Below are positions 31,331-44,796 of a stretch of 64,000 nt of DNA, one piece after another (the stretch's first letter is position 1; every line of letters begins with the position of its first letter). The stretch lies in assembly GCA_964016885.1 (NCBI GenBank), contig OZ024747.1:65906001-65970000 (forward strand), read 5' to 3'. The stretch is from Eledone cirrhosa. Its lineage: Eukaryota. The notes below the pieces were generated by a model. It saw only the letters and a list, made by a program, of their open reading frames with translations, was not told the origin of the DNA and did not search any database. The position numbers and the translations under genes are program-made.

Positions 31331-32278
31331 TATATATATATATATATAATTATATATATACATACACACACATACACACACACACACACATACACACACA
31401 AACACACACACAGAAACACACACACACACTCTCTCTCTCTCTTTCTCTCACACACACATATATATATGTTTGTGTGTGTGTTTGCGTATTTATGTATATA
31501 ATATTCGCCAATACATTCAGGTTGTATTTTCGTGTAAAGTTTACAAACTTATTGATTGATAGATTTAAATACATCGAATTACATCTAATCTCTAGCTACG
31601 ATATATATGTACACACACAAATATACACATGCACACACAGGCGCACACACACACTCAGAGGAAAGCGAGGGAGATATGCTGAAAGAGCAAGTCTAGAATG
31701 CAGGGCTCATTGTTTAATCTAGCAGACCCTACTGTGCTTTGTAAAACATCAGGTAGAGGTCATTTTATTGTCTTAGGAGATGTATTAAGGTAGGTAGATC
31801 ATCGTTGTTGAAAATTAATTAGCCCTGTGCTCCCAGATACATACCATTGATCGATAGAGATAATACCACATTAGCTTCAAGCCGATGTCGCTAAACTTTC
31901 TCACATTTCTTCATCACTTCATTAATTTAAGATAATCAACGTGTTTCACCTCAGCTACTGCTTCAATTTTAGAAATGACAGACAGATTTAACAATGTGAA
32001 CTTATGACTGAGACACCTGCCAGCAGGCTACATATAATTGACCATTGTAATTCATTAGGAAAATTACTATCAATGTCGGAATTTGATGTATTATTAGACA
32101 CTAGAGTTGTCACGTTGATGGAATCACTTAAGATCTCTCAAGGGAAATAAGGCTACTAACGACACCATGCATACTACACTTTTTGATAATGGTTCCCGAA
32201 ATCTTAACTTAGGACAACATTTCAGGAGGTCACTACTTAAAGATGCACGCCTCTAACGATCATTATTAACAAATCAGG

Positions 32279-32855
32279 TGCGGTGGATTGGCAGTATCGG
32301 TAGAGGGTCGGACACTATGCTTTGATGTATAGAGTTACACCCCTTGTCATTCTGCGTTCAAATCCCGCCAAGGTTAACTTTGCCTTTCATCCTTACGGAT
32401 CGATAAAATAAAGTACCAGTAATGCACTGGGTAATTGCTGGCCTTGTGCCAAAAGTAGAAACAATTATTAACAAATCTTCAGATTTTTATATGTGAAAAG
32501 GAAAAGGAGCAAATATATTAAAATTACATCAACCATAATATATATTATTGGTATTTATTAGTGAGAGGGCGGTGGATTGGCAGTATCGGTAGAGGGTCGG
32601 ACGCCATGCTTTCCAGCATAGTTATGTCCCTTTACGATCTGAGTTCAAATCCCGCCGAGGTTGACTTTGCCTTTCATCCTTATGGGGTCGATAAAATAAA
32701 GTACCAGTAATGCACTGGGTAATTGCTGGCCTTGTGCCTGAAGTAGAAACAATTATTAACAAATCTTCAGATTTTTATATGTGAAAAGGAAAAGGAGCAA
32801 ATATATTAAAATTACATCGACCATAATATATATTATTGGTATTTATTAGTGAGAA
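32279..32855 (+). repeat. Tandem duplication of SINE plus flank (~290 bp unit x2)
   Basis: Two SINEs (32279-32470, 32569-32757), each followed by the same ~95 bp flank aacaaatcttcag…tagtgaga. Confidence 0.88.
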
Positions 32856-33109
32856 CGAAGAGGGTTTTTACCTACTAGAAACATCTACCAAATTTCCTTC
32901 AATTATCATCTTAAGGTTTTAAAAAAGAAGAATATAATTCTAGAAGTATTGTGTGAGTAAAATTCGAAATCATCACTGTTGGACTGTTTAGATCATAGTC
33001 TTTTGAACGGTACGTCACCATTCTCCTAATAGCTTTGGTTCCATGGCTAATGCAGCTTTCGTGTTGTCTCTTTCAACGAGACTTTAGTTGTCTCCCTTTC
33101 TAGATAGAC

Positions 33110-35540
33110 GTACTCGTGGGGTTTGGAGGCCGCGCGAAAACAGGCAAGGCGGTGCTGGTCGAGCTGGCGCGTGAGCCTGTCTGAGGCCAGGCTGCACTGG
33201 ATGGCATCCCATACGCTTTAGGGGGACTTGACGTCAGCAGGGGGAGAAGGAGGAGGGACGTCTACTGGGCTAAGTCTCAGCCTGTCCCACGTCTCACAGG
33301 CGACCTTACGTTCTCTGAACACAGAGGGTTCTATTGTGTTTTGGAGAACCCTGATGACGAGGACGCGGCATGAGGTTACCGATGAAAGAAACGGCGGCAG
33401 CGACAGCAAGATCGAGGACCGGAGGGCAAGGCCGCCAAATCTGACAGGTAAAGTGGCCTGTTGCCATCCAATGTCGTCAAACCGGACGTTGCATATCTCC
33501 TCAGCTGCCGCTCGGATACAAGTATCGAGGTCAGCGAGGAGAGATGCGTGGCTGTAAAACGGAGCGCTGCGAAGGATGTAGAGGAGCTTCGGCATGGCGA
33601 AGCAGTTCCTCAACAGGAAGCGAGCTGGGTGGCCGTCGAGCAAGCCCAGTCGGCTCGTGAGGGTCTGGAGTTGTTGGCGCCTAGACCTGATGGTGGAGCG
33701 GATGGCCAGCGAGTGGATCAGTGACCCGAGGATGCGGACATCCTCTTTGGGGGTCACCTGTACTTGGTGGAGAATGGACCGCCCGCCCAAGACGGAGGCT
33801 GCAAGGCTCTGAGCATCATAGTTGACATCCACTACCTCCGACTTGGACGAGTTAACCTGGAGGCCGATTCCCGCCAGGGCAGGAACCACCGATTGAAGGT
33901 CATGGCAGACAGTCCCCAGGGGCCTACCCAGCGTAGCATCGTCCAGGTACAAAACGTTGAGAGGGGCCGTGATACTCTGGTCAATGTGGTCTATGCCAAT
34001 GGCAAACAAGAGAGGGCCCAGAGGGTTGCCCTGTTGGACCTCAGTGGCCGAAGTTATGACCGTGTCAGCAGCAAGGAGCATGCTCGGGGCTCCATATGAC
34101 AAGTAGGCCAGTGGGTAGGTGGAGGAGCCTCGGCTGAGCCAGACATTGAGCAGATCGTCCCGGCGTATGCAGTTAAAGACATTCCTCATGTCAAGCTTGA
34201 CAATGAGGTGCCTGGAGTCCTTCAATGCCGGTTCCGGTGGGCAGCTATTGAAGAACAGCCTGGTTGCATGTGTCTCCCCCTCACAGCCACCTGACACGCC
34301 GACACCCAGTTGCACCGGACTGTACTCCTCGCCCAGTTCAGGTGTTATGGACCTGCAGACCACCTTAGTAGCCAGCCTCCGGAAGACATTGCCCACAGCG
34401 ATGGGGCGAATGCCACCCTCTTTCTTCCTGAGAGCGGTCAGGCTAGCCGAAAAAAAGAGGCCTCGGGCGTGAGAATCCAGGGCGCCATGGATAAGCCTAT
34501 TAGTAAGTGCCACAATAGCATCCAGAAGGCGGCGCCCGGCCTCAATGGAGAGGGGGGATAGCAACTCTTTGAGGTGGCCTGGTCGCAGACCATCAGCATC
34601 TCCGCTGCTGCTAGCTGGGAAGGGCTTGATGGCAGACATGATGTCTGCGTCGGAAGCCACAAGGAGTAGGTGGGGATCGGGTGGGGGTATGGGTCGGAAG
34701 TCAGCGGGTGGCTCAGGGTGCTTGAGTCGCAGGGCCGCCAGGACCTCCTCGGTGGGTTGGAGGACAGTGTCTTCTGAGGAAACCACTTGACTGCGGCTCT
34801 GACATCACCCATGAAAAGTTTAGCGTTTACGCGGTCACGCAAACGCTTGGCGCTGGCCTCTGGTGTGGAGTATTGGAGGCACCCAAGAGCAGGGGTTGTG
34901 GCGTCCTTCGGCACGCTTGGAATGGGCGCTTGCCCAAAGGACGAAACATTGGCCTTGACTAAGGCTGCTGTCGACCGGCCACCTCGGTCAGTGCCAGAGC
35001 TGGGGAGGCCGAGGGCAAGTGGGAGAAATAGAAGAGGCGCTCCCAGTCGCTGGCTCGATTGGAGTCCAGAGCACTCTCGATCGAGGAAGCGAGGGCATTG
35101 GCTACCCGGGCCGCTCTCGGGATCCTGAGCGGAATATTCCGGAGCCGCCTGAGCCGAGCGATGTTGACCAGCGAGGCTTGGGCATCAGGCAAGCTCGCTG
35201 TCTCAACTGGCGGAGTGCCAGACGGTCGTGGCTGGGCAGACGAGGGGAAGAGACAGTTTCTGCATCTCCACGGTGCGAGGGCACTGGAAGCTCGACGCGT
35301 CAAGCCAACACAGGTGAGGTGGTGGAAAGGGCCGCACCCAGAACAGTTACTGCCCCTTTTCCGTCTGTTCGTGGTGCTGCAAGTGCTGCAGATGTCGACT
35401 GGTGAGGATGGAGGATGCGGCGTGGAGCAGGGGACTGGCGAACCAAGCGGCATCAGGGGTGAATGGCTAATTGTCACCAGCCTAGGTGCTAGGCACAATT
35501 GCTCACCTACATCAGATATGGAGGCGACAGAAGACAAGAT
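33110..35540 (-). mobile_element. CRE-clade non-LTR retrotransposon, 3'-truncated, with N-terminal PHD finger
   Basis: ORF 33218-34786: LKHP, DGLRPGHLK, KKEGGIRPIAVG.VFRRL, QLGVG, VQQGNPLGP, YLDD, LLRNCFAMPK, LPVRFGGL, the CRE-type RT signature. Upstream frame has a C4HC3 motif. Confidence 0.82.
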
Positions 35541-35556
35541 AAAAGAGAAGGACACA

Positions 35557-35635
<79 letters not shown>

Positions 35636-35885
35636 AATTAGAAAGTTAGCAAATAAATGAATGAATGGATGAATGTACAAAAAGAAAACAGGGGATTGTT
35701 CCCAGCGGAATGACCTAAAGGTTGTTATTGTCACTGATGCTGGAGTTGGCTTCCTCTTGTTAATGGTGGTGGTAGTTATTGCTGGTAAGATGTTGGTGTA
35801 TACATATATGTTGTTGTTGTTATTGTCACTGCCGCTGTCGAATCCTTCCTCTTGTTAATGGTAGTGGTAGTTGATACCAGCTGCA

Positions 35886-36060
35886 GGTATGAGCCTCGCG
35901 AGTTGGAATGGCTCTTCCAGCGCGTCTCCCTTACCATCCTCCGAGGAAACACCTTCGCCATCCTGTCCGCCGGGGCTGTGGGGAGGCCAGCACGTGGGAC
36001 TCCATTTGCTCACCATACAGATTAATAGGCAAAGTTATAAACTATTGTAAATAAATAATC
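35886..36060 (+). mobile_element. CRE-clade 3'-terminal fragment
   Basis: Translates EPRELEWLFQRVSLTILRGNTFAILSAG, like the QR.S..I.RGN C-terminus of CRE RLE proteins; AATAAA near 36050. Confidence 0.65.
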
Positions 36061-36180
36061 TATTCTTATGGTTCTTGTGAGGAGCCAACTTTAGCAACAT
36101 CTTAAAGTTACTCAGTTGTTTCTCATGCTGCTTCTGCCGCTACACAAACGTGTAAGTACTTGCTCGAGACTGTATATACG

Positions 36181-36224
<44 letters not shown>

Positions 36225-36225
<1 letters not shown>

Positions 36226-36905
36226 ACCAAGTATTCACACTGACTGAGGTCTTCGAGAAATCGTGGGAGTATTGCTAAGAGGTGTATGCTCTTTTCGTAG
36301 ACCCCCCAAAAGACATATGACCGCGTTCTACGGGACTTGTTGTGGAAAATCCTGCAGGAGTGTGGGATCGATGAACAGCTTCCTATCCTGAAGTCCCTAA
36401 AAGAATGCCCTAGTACAGACCTTAGTACTTTACTTAATATAGAGGGTTTTTCATCTAGTCTACTAAAACCCCTACCTAAGCACAGGAATCTTGGGCAATG
36501 ATTGAAAAAATACGATCACGGACACAAGCGGCCGAAATCGGGTTCCTCCGGACGGTTTTTCGAGGAAATTTTCTCGATACGGCGAGTAGCTGAAGATCAG
36601 GGAATCACTCCAGGTAGAGCCGGTACTTCTCTGAATTGAGAGATCACAGCTCCAATGCTGCTGACATGGTGAGAATATCTCAGGAAAGAATCGTTGGACA
36701 GATTTTTACGGGAAAGCCAGCCTGCAAGGGAACCACGGGTAGACCCCAAACAAGATGGTTGGATAATATCCATGAGGTCGGCTTGTCTCGCTTAGGAATC
36801 CAGCTGGATCTTTTGGAGACATTTACTTCTGAAAGGACCCGATGGAAGGCGTGCATGCGAACTCTGCCCATACGACCACCTTCCTGGAAGAAGTGGGTAT
36901 ATAAA
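36225..36905 (+). mobile_element. RTE-clade LINE relic, internally deleted
   Basis: IFTL.EVFEKSWEY…FVD…YDRV.RD.LWKILQE.G, then SRTQAAEIGFLR…VEP.LL.IERSQL…GRPQTRWLDNI; (TAAA)n tail. Confidence 0.75.
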
Positions 36906-37096
36906 TAAATAAATAAATAAATATATATATATATATTTATATATATATATATGAATGTATATATGTATGTATGTATGATGTATGTATGATGTATGTATAT
37001 AGTTAAAAGAATAGAGGTGTAACACACAAGTTATTATATATTGGTAAACGGAATAGAAAATGCTGACAAATTGTTCACAGTTGAAAAATGGTTTAA

Positions 37097-38076
37097 TCTA
37101 TATATATAAAACTGTGGTTGTCTGTCTGTCTATCGATTTTTGGCACTCTTAGAATCTCTCACGGAATTGCACCGAAATTGCTATACTTGTACATTGAGCC
37201 CTAGCGAAGACATCGGAAAAAAAAATTTCAAATTGACCCACCCTATGTGACGAAATCGAATATAATGTATCGATTTTTGAGCGTAAGTTATCAGTTATTT
37301 CCCTTTGTTCTGTTTACATTGAGCGTCTTACGTAAAAAATTATGCTGGCTTTCTCAGCGTTTAAAATGACATTAACACAATACACGAACGAACAGTTGTC
37401 GAGCCAGCAAAATATTGACCTGCAAAATTCATCAGTTCGAACACTAAGCTTCCGTTTGGCTTCATTTCCATTTAAAAGCATTTTAAAACAATATTTTTAC
37501 TTGAAAACAAGTCTATTTAAAGACTACGTAAAACAAGCAAATATTTCGTCGTTAGGCGTGCAGACAGACAGTCGTGCAGACAGATAGTCGTGCAGAGAGG
37601 TGATATACGCGTGCAGACAGATAGTCGTGCAGAGAGGTGATATAGGCGTACAGATAGACAGTCGTGCAGAGAGGTGATATAGGCGTGCAGACAGACAGTC
37701 GTGCAGAGAGGTGATATGGGCGTGCAGACAGACAGTCGTGCAGAGAGGTGATATAAGCGTGCAGACAGACATAACTGATAATTTGGTTACGCTAATGTTT
37801 TTCTCTGCGTTGCAGTGTTTACATTTTCGATCTTTGTTAATAAATAACCAGTGCAGTTTCTATCCCCAGCATCCTCTTTTGTTATAACATTCGGGTTATC
37901 GTTATGTTTTCTTAACTTCATAAGGCATATTGTTGGTTGAGGGAATATTAATCAAAAACACCACATGCAAGTCTGCACAGTAGACACTACAGTTTTTAAG
38001 CCAAGAAAGAAACTTAACATTGTAACTTTAACACAGCTACTGAGCGACCCCGAGCAACGCCGGGCTTTACTGCTAG
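37097..38076 (+). mobile_element. Non-autonomous Helitron
   Basis: A|TCtatatatataaaa 5' end, GC hairpin cccgagcaacgccggg at 38048-38064, CTAG|T 3' end; A/T target without TSD. Confidence 0.8.
37555..37770 (+). repeat. ~37-bp minisatellite inside the Helitron
   Basis: aggcgtgcagacagacagtcgtgcagagaggtgatat repeated about 5 times. Confidence 0.85.
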
Positions 38077-38126
38077 TAAGGAATAAAAGAGTATTAGTAA
38101 TTGTATGGGTTAGTATTCAGTTGTGG

Positions 38127-38205
<79 letters not shown>

Positions 38206-38585
38206 CATACATATATGTATATATGTTTGTATATATGTATGTATATATGTATGATGTATGTATGTATATATGTATGTATGTTTGTATGTATGTATAAACA
38301 TGTGCAGCTCACTTTGTTCATTACTCCTACTTGGAGTTTTTTTCGTGAATGATGCAAGTCTATTTTTAGTTTTTTTTGTCAACATCTCTAAATTTATTTA
38401 CTAAATTTATTTAAGTGTTGTTGTTATTGGTGTTGTTGAGAATTGATAGTTAATTAAATCATGGCCGTAGAACTACGACCGAAAATATTATTTAGAAAAG
38501 TCTATTTCCAAATCTAACTAATTTATTGCTCATAAAAAAATGTAAGCAGTAGCTACGGGCAAAATATAATGAAGATTGAGACATC

Positions 38586-40143
38586 TTAAAGGAAGAAGCA
38601 CTTATAACAGTTAGTCCAACTAAATTTTTTTCCTACATTGGTTTTAACGTTGAGTGAGAAGGGAGGAGAGAACCAGATAGTTTGTCTATTGTTGCGCTTA
38701 CTTTTCTTAATGGTGTTGTTGCTAGTGGGAGAGTAAGTGATAGGTTGTGAGAAGCCGCTGTTAGCTAACTCCGTGTTATAGTAGGGTGCCGCCCAGTCAA
38801 AGATAGCTTTATTAGAGGAGAGGTTTGAGATTCTAGTACTGATATTCTTAACGAAGTTTCTAAAAACAGTGGGAGGGTGGCATGAGTCCTTGTGAATGTA
38901 ATTGAGTTTCTCGTTTAGCTTATGGAAGGGTCTGTGGGTGTGTGTGCGAAGGTCTAAATTAATGTCTAAGAAATCTACGCTAGAGAGGTTGGTGGCTACT
39001 GTTATCCTAAGTCCTAACTCATTCAAGGTAGAAGCTAAGTCTTTTTTAAACCGGTCGAGGTCGTGACCACTTTTATGGCTCGATAAAGTCAGTCCATCGT
39101 CGCGGTATATTCCCGTGTGGAAGTCCGGGAATCTAACACGTAATATGTCTAAGATAAATAGGCCAACCAAGTCACATACGTCAGCACTGTCAAACGATCC
39201 CATGGAGACGTCGAATAGGTCTGAAGTTGTAGACTTCTTTGCCCAGGCTACTCCGTCGTTGAAGAGGAGAGTTTTCTGGCAGTGAGCGATGATTTCCCTA
39301 TCTAAACCATCGACGGTGGTATAGGTGGTAGCGAAGTTCAACACTTTGTTTAACAGGGTCTCTGAGATCGACGGGTAAAATTCGACAATGTCAAACTGTG
39401 TGAACTTCGCTTTTTGGGGATTTTAAGGAGTTAAACCACTTAATTACGGAGTCGTTGTTCTCCCACTGGGGTAGGTTGGACTTGGTCCTAATGGTCTTAA
39501 CTATGTTTCTAAGTATGGCCTTACTGACTAGTCTCATATCTGTGCGTGCCGGGTTTATTAGTCTACATGTGGGGTTAGAAGTAAAGTCTACCTTGTGATT
39601 TTCAGGGTGAGGAATGCCTCCCGCTTAGCTAGAGATTGTAGCTTCTTATCTACCTTAAGGTCGGCGACAAGTTCCTTGGCTTCTGTATTAATGTCGTGGT
39701 AGGCCATAGGGTTAGCTTTCTTATATTTGGAAGTAATAGCGTTATGGGCCAGGTGGCGGAAAGTGGTGTGTCGACTTCGTAAATATTATTAGTTTTGTTG
39801 GAAAGAACGAAGCTGTTATTAGAAGACCTACATTTCTTAATATCATTTCTGAGTTTCGTTTGAAAGGTGTTAGTGTGTTTGCGAAAGGAAATGTTTAGTG
39901 TGTTTTCGAAAAGTCAAGAAGGTCCGTCTCGAAAGGAGCAAGTTCAGTTACCTTAGGAGGGTAGGCTCTAGATTTCAGGCTGAAGGTGTTGTTGGTGCCT
40001 GTAATTTTGCCGTCAAAAGCTAGGGCTCGCCATCTTAAGCGTCTGACGACATCTTCCGCTTTTTGTAGGAGGAGCTTTTGTTAAACATGGTTGGAGGGAG
40101 CTGGAATGTTCTTCAGGGAGTAATCCAGTTCGTATAAATCCAT
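38586..40143 (-). mobile_element. Penelope-like element (Naiad-type) RT, disrupted, GIY-YIG missing
   Basis: MDLYELDYSLKNIP…RRLRWRA N-terminus; SMGSFDSADVCDLVGL, IYRDDGL, VDFLDINLDL, SCHPP, WFSPPFS.NVKTNVGK. Confidence 0.85.
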
Positions 40144-40393
40144 ACTGACGTTGATGAGACGGAAAATTGTGTAGGATACGAGGATATAGAGAGCGCTCTC
40201 AGGGTAGTAAGCCAAACTCGCACGTGGTGAAGAATCTGCTAAAAGCCAAACTTCTACGTAGTGAAGAGAATCTGCTGACCGGTGCTGGAGACGTAAATAG
40301 TGGTGGAACACTGGAAGGTAATATCCGTAGTGGTAGAGCACTCAGTCCATGGGACGAGTTAGGTAGAAGTGGTTGCACAATAGTTAGTTCACC

Positions 40394-40439
40394 ATACCGA
40401 GAACAATTGTTTCACCTTAGCGGATCCTCAGCTCGGAAT
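40394..40439 (-). ncRNA. Minimal type I hammerhead ribozyme upstream of the Penelope-like ORF
   Basis: Minus strand: attccgag-CTGAGGA-tccgctaaggt-GAAA-caattg-TT-ctcggtat. Perfect ccgag/ctcgg stem I and palindromic stem III. Confidence 0.85.
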
Positions 40440-41794
40440 AGGCATGGTTATAGGAACAGGAAGGGCAACCGTATGAACGCGCATGCGCAGAACCCCGGTC
40501 ACTTCACACAGGCAATACTAGACTGCGTGCGAGAGGTGTAAGGGAGATAACTGCGAAAGTCCGAAAAGTTTCTAGATTGAAAATAAAATTACAAAGAATC
40601 AGTCCGGAACCTTGTAGTTATCAATAGGTGTTTGGCGACGTGTGGACAACGTGTTTAGGCAATCACTATTGGTTAATCTCTTTAGAATAGTTATTCGTTC
40701 GTCAATACATAAGCCACACGTCGGATTTCCCGTTGCGTATGGCTTGGACTTAGTGATGGATTTCCATTGAATGGAGTAGTCTATACTTGAGTCCTTGAGG
40801 GACTATACGTGGCTCGCGAGTTTCGTGGATGAACGTCTGTCCGGGTACCTGAAGGTAGACTGGTGGTTCAGGAAAGTTCCTTAAATCGGCCCTCCGCCAT
40901 GCTCACATAGGATTTGACCTCCTGTGGTTCGTTTGGTCGGTTGGAAGTGACCACATCTTCATAAATTGTCTATTTTTCAATGTAATGCAATGATACGAAG
41001 GAAAATATTATTGTTAGTTGGAACTGTCACCCGTTTCGCCAAACGAATATACATAAGTTGAGAATATAAGCGCTGTGTATATATGTCGTTGTAGTATGTC
41101 AAGTAGTTTTAACGGTCTATTCATATGTGAAAAGTTTAGGCATTAATATTTCTGAAATGTAATGTAAAAAGAAATCCACCATTGGGACTAGATTCTTTCA
41201 TTGTTGAAGCACGTATATCATTAGTTCTATGATAGTCTGTCATAAAAATTATACCAAAAAACAATTTGACTTGTCAACCACCACATGAAACCTCTTTATT
41301 ATGACATATATCTAAAGACTTGTTGATTCAACCAATGTTAAGTGAACACAATGGTTGATTCAAGATTAACAGAGTCTGTATAATGGACTGTCTACTTTAC
41401 TAATCACACAATTGATTCGTTTCTCGGGTTGTGCTACCAAAGATATATTAAAAAACAACATCCTTGAGTGGTTATTCAAAAGCTATGGAGTAAGATGGAA
41501 TACAAAAGCGTTCCATCCATGAAACCTTAACATTTAAACTTGACGGGTTAAAAGAAGATAGAAATAATACTAGAGAATGATGGGGAGAGAAAAAGAAAGT
41601 GAAAGAATATACCCCAGTATTGCATTGGTATTTTATTTATCACTCTCAAATCAAAAGGATGGAAGGCGGGATTTGAGCCATAACGAATATCACAAAACAT
41701 TCAATGCGACATTCGAACGATTCAATAAATTAATCATATAAAGAAAACGATAGAGAAATAATACGATTATTCGGATTACTATTCTCCATATTTA

Positions 41795-41975
41795 GGGTGG
41801 TAGATTGGCAGAATCGTTAGAATTTTGGACAGAATTCTTTGGTGGTCTTTACTGTGTTCTTTTTTAAAATACCGTTAAAATTAACTTTGCCCTTCATCTT
41901 TCCAGTGTCAAGAAAAACTGCAAGTTTTCTACGGAGTTGATTTAATCGATTTTCCCCTCCTGCCAAATGTTGGCT
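41795..41975 (+). mobile_element. Diverged SINE copy
   Basis: gtagattggcagaatcgttag…ttaactttgcccttcatc…tttaatcgattttcccctcc. Confidence 0.6.
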
Positions 41976-42803
41976 GTCGTGATTTTGCTTTCTGTTTGTT
42001 CACTCAATACTTTTTATTGTTATCACTATTTTATCATCATACCACGAAGATTTACTTGCTCATTATCAATCTACATTTTCACTTTTAAAATTCTTGTCAT
42101 ATTTAAATTTCCTAAATTTAACTCTTTTATTTTTGCATGATGAATGAATTGTCAGCGAAATTCAGTTATCATGACTTTGAAAATATCGTCACCACAGTGC
42201 AGATAGCTATAATAATAGTTGACAACTATAAATGATAGTTGAATAAATCATGTAAAGCACCCCTAGAGATGGAAAAAAGTGAATAGAGACATCTTTGGAG
42301 AATCGAAACTCGTATCATTCGTATGCCGGGCAAATGCGTTAAACCATTTCATAAAATGGTCCCTGACCGATAATTACAGACTCTTTAGAAGATTTAAGTA
42401 TGAAGCCAGAAGCATTTAATTAATTTTCTAAGCATTGAGAAATTTGAAATTTGAAAATATGGTTGCTATAATGTATAAATTTGTAGTTCTTGAAACTGAG
42501 ATATAGAAGAGATAATCTCTTTTAAGCTAGAGGTCAAGATAATATTTAAAGGCCATTTATAACCAACAAATCATCAAAACAGAAGTATAGAAACCATAAA
42601 TGAACATCATAAATAGAATATTGCTAGTGATAAATAGGTTCTGTCATAAATAAAATTGTGTTCGTTATAAATCTCTCAACCAATCTATCTCTTAACCCAT
42701 AACTCATGGTGGAGTCTTAAGGGCGCTGTAGTGACATACGGCGTTTCTTAATTTTATTTTAAACCTGGAGCAACCATCCCTTACCCATGTCTGAACACAA
42801 CAA

Positions 42804-42889
<86 letters not shown>

Positions 42890-42899
42890 GAGAAATATG

Positions 42900-43065
42900 T
42901 ATAGAGGAAGAACTGACTTTAGTATTGGATTGATATCTTTTTTTATCGACCCCGAAAAGATGAAAAGCAAAGTTGATCTCATTCTGATTTGAATCCAGAG
43001 CATAGAGGGCTTGAATAAATACCACAAAGAATTCTACCCGACGTTCTTACGGCTCTGACAATTTC
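42900..43065 (-). mobile_element. Diverged SINE copy, reverse
   Basis: tttatcgaccccgaaaagatgaaaagcaaagttga is the reverse complement of the SINE body. Confidence 0.6.
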
Positions 43066-43179
43066 CCTTTCTTCTTTATAATGATGCTCTGCCATAAATT
43101 GAATTTTGTTTGTTATATAGAGGTTCAATTAGGAATAAAATTTTGTTCGTTATAACAATTTGTTATCTATTTAATCAAG

Positions 43180-43400
43180 GGCGGTTGATTGGCAGTACGG
43201 TATAGTGTCGGACAACATACTTTGCGACATATAATTACGTCCCTTTACGTTCTGAGTTCAAATTCCACTGAGGTTAACTTTGCCTTTCAAACTACGGGGT
43301 CGATAAAGTAAAGTACCAGTAACGCACTGGGGTAAATTTAATCGACTTCATCCTTCCCTTCGAATTGTTTGTCTTGTGCCAAATACAGAAACAATTATTT
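43180..43400 (+). mobile_element. tRNA-derived SINE, full length
   Basis: Same family as 8425-8652. Confidence 0.8.
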
Positions 43401-44309
43401 ATTTAAACAATGTAATAATCCGTGTCAAGCTGGTAAGCATGGTAGACTAGTAAAAGGTATTGAATGCCCCTCAAATATCAGAAACAACCAGAGAGAGAGA
43501 GTGTGTGAGAGAGAGAGAGAGAGAGAGAGTGAGATCTTCGAAAACTATCATGTTTGGTGGGTCAATCTACTAACCATAAATAAGATCTAATATACAGAAT
43601 CTACGAAAAGATTCAACAAGAGAAACATTTAACTGCTCTATAGTAAATTGTCTTTTTTTTTTACCGTTTTCTTATCTTTGCTTCCTTTGTTTCTGTCTGT
43701 GATTCTCTCATGTTTTTCTTCTTAATTATAAGGTGTATTAGATACCAGCTTCACATGAATGTTTAAATTGATTAAATAAATAAATAATTAAATATGAAAT
43801 TCAGGAGAAAATGAAATGTGGTCATGATTAAAATATTAGACCACGATAAAACGTAAACATTTGAAAGAAATTTGACATTCTCCACCTAGGATCATTTAAT
43901 TCCATTTCCACCTCTTATATTGTTTTGTTTCTTGCCTTTGTTTAATTTAATTTAATTTACTTTTGTTTCTGATTCTACCTAGCATTGCATTGAACAATAC
44001 ACAGCAACAATCACTTCAAAACCTACAAAATAAAAACAAGCTTCTTGGACATCATTTAAACGAGGAGTGTGCAACATATTCCATTGCCCGACCACTTTTG
44101 AACATCGGAACAACTATTAGGACCATTAATATTTATTAAGCATTATTCCAAAGATTCACCAGAACTTCTTTCCATAACATGGAACTGGGAAATTATAAAC
44201 CATATAAGCCTATCAGTGAAGCCCTTTAGTATAGGTCAACCAACAGAATATCGTATTACGGTTACGAAAAAAATTCTAAATAAGCCTACAAGGTAAAAAT
44301 TAAAAACGG

Positions 44310-44379
44310 TCATCGCGGGCCACTCTTACTGGTCTGGCGGGCCGGATTGTGGTCCGTGGGCCGCCTGTTGCACACTCCT
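44310..44379. mobile_element. Possible hAT/MITE terminus
   Basis: gcgggccggattgtggtccgtgggccgcctgttgcacactcctg resembles hAT-Charlie subterminal GGGCCG repeats ending in a CAGG terminus; partner end not identified. Confidence 0.45.
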
Positions 44380-44796
44380 GATTTAAACTATGCTGCAAAA
44401 TCAAAAATATAATCATTTATTATACGCACAATATTTATATTATTTATATCACCTACAAATCAATTGAGTGAAAATAAATAATTTCTAATTATGATATAGA
44501 TATTACCGGACTGATGCACCAGAAATGCACACGAAACTGAAGTTAAATAGCTTGAAAGGGAGTCAATTAAATGAACCAGTGTTATTAAAACCATCACTGT
44601 TCAATTGAATAACAACAACAACACCAATAATGGTAATCTCTGTAAGAATGATATCCCTCCATGGATGAGTGTGTGTGTGTGCGTGCACGGATATCTTGTA
44701 TTTATATGTATGTATATGTATGTGTATATGTATATATGTGTGTATGGGTATGTATGTATGTATGTATGTATGTATGTATGTATGTATGTATGTATG

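Noticed and set aside
37555-37770. 37-bp repeats resembling a CRISPR array
   Set aside because: No unique spacers, eukaryotic context, no cas genes; it is a minisatellite.
38455-38500. Hammerhead-like stem plus GAAA (also ~54450-54485 and ~8790)
   Set aside because: CUGANGA core missing or mispositioned.
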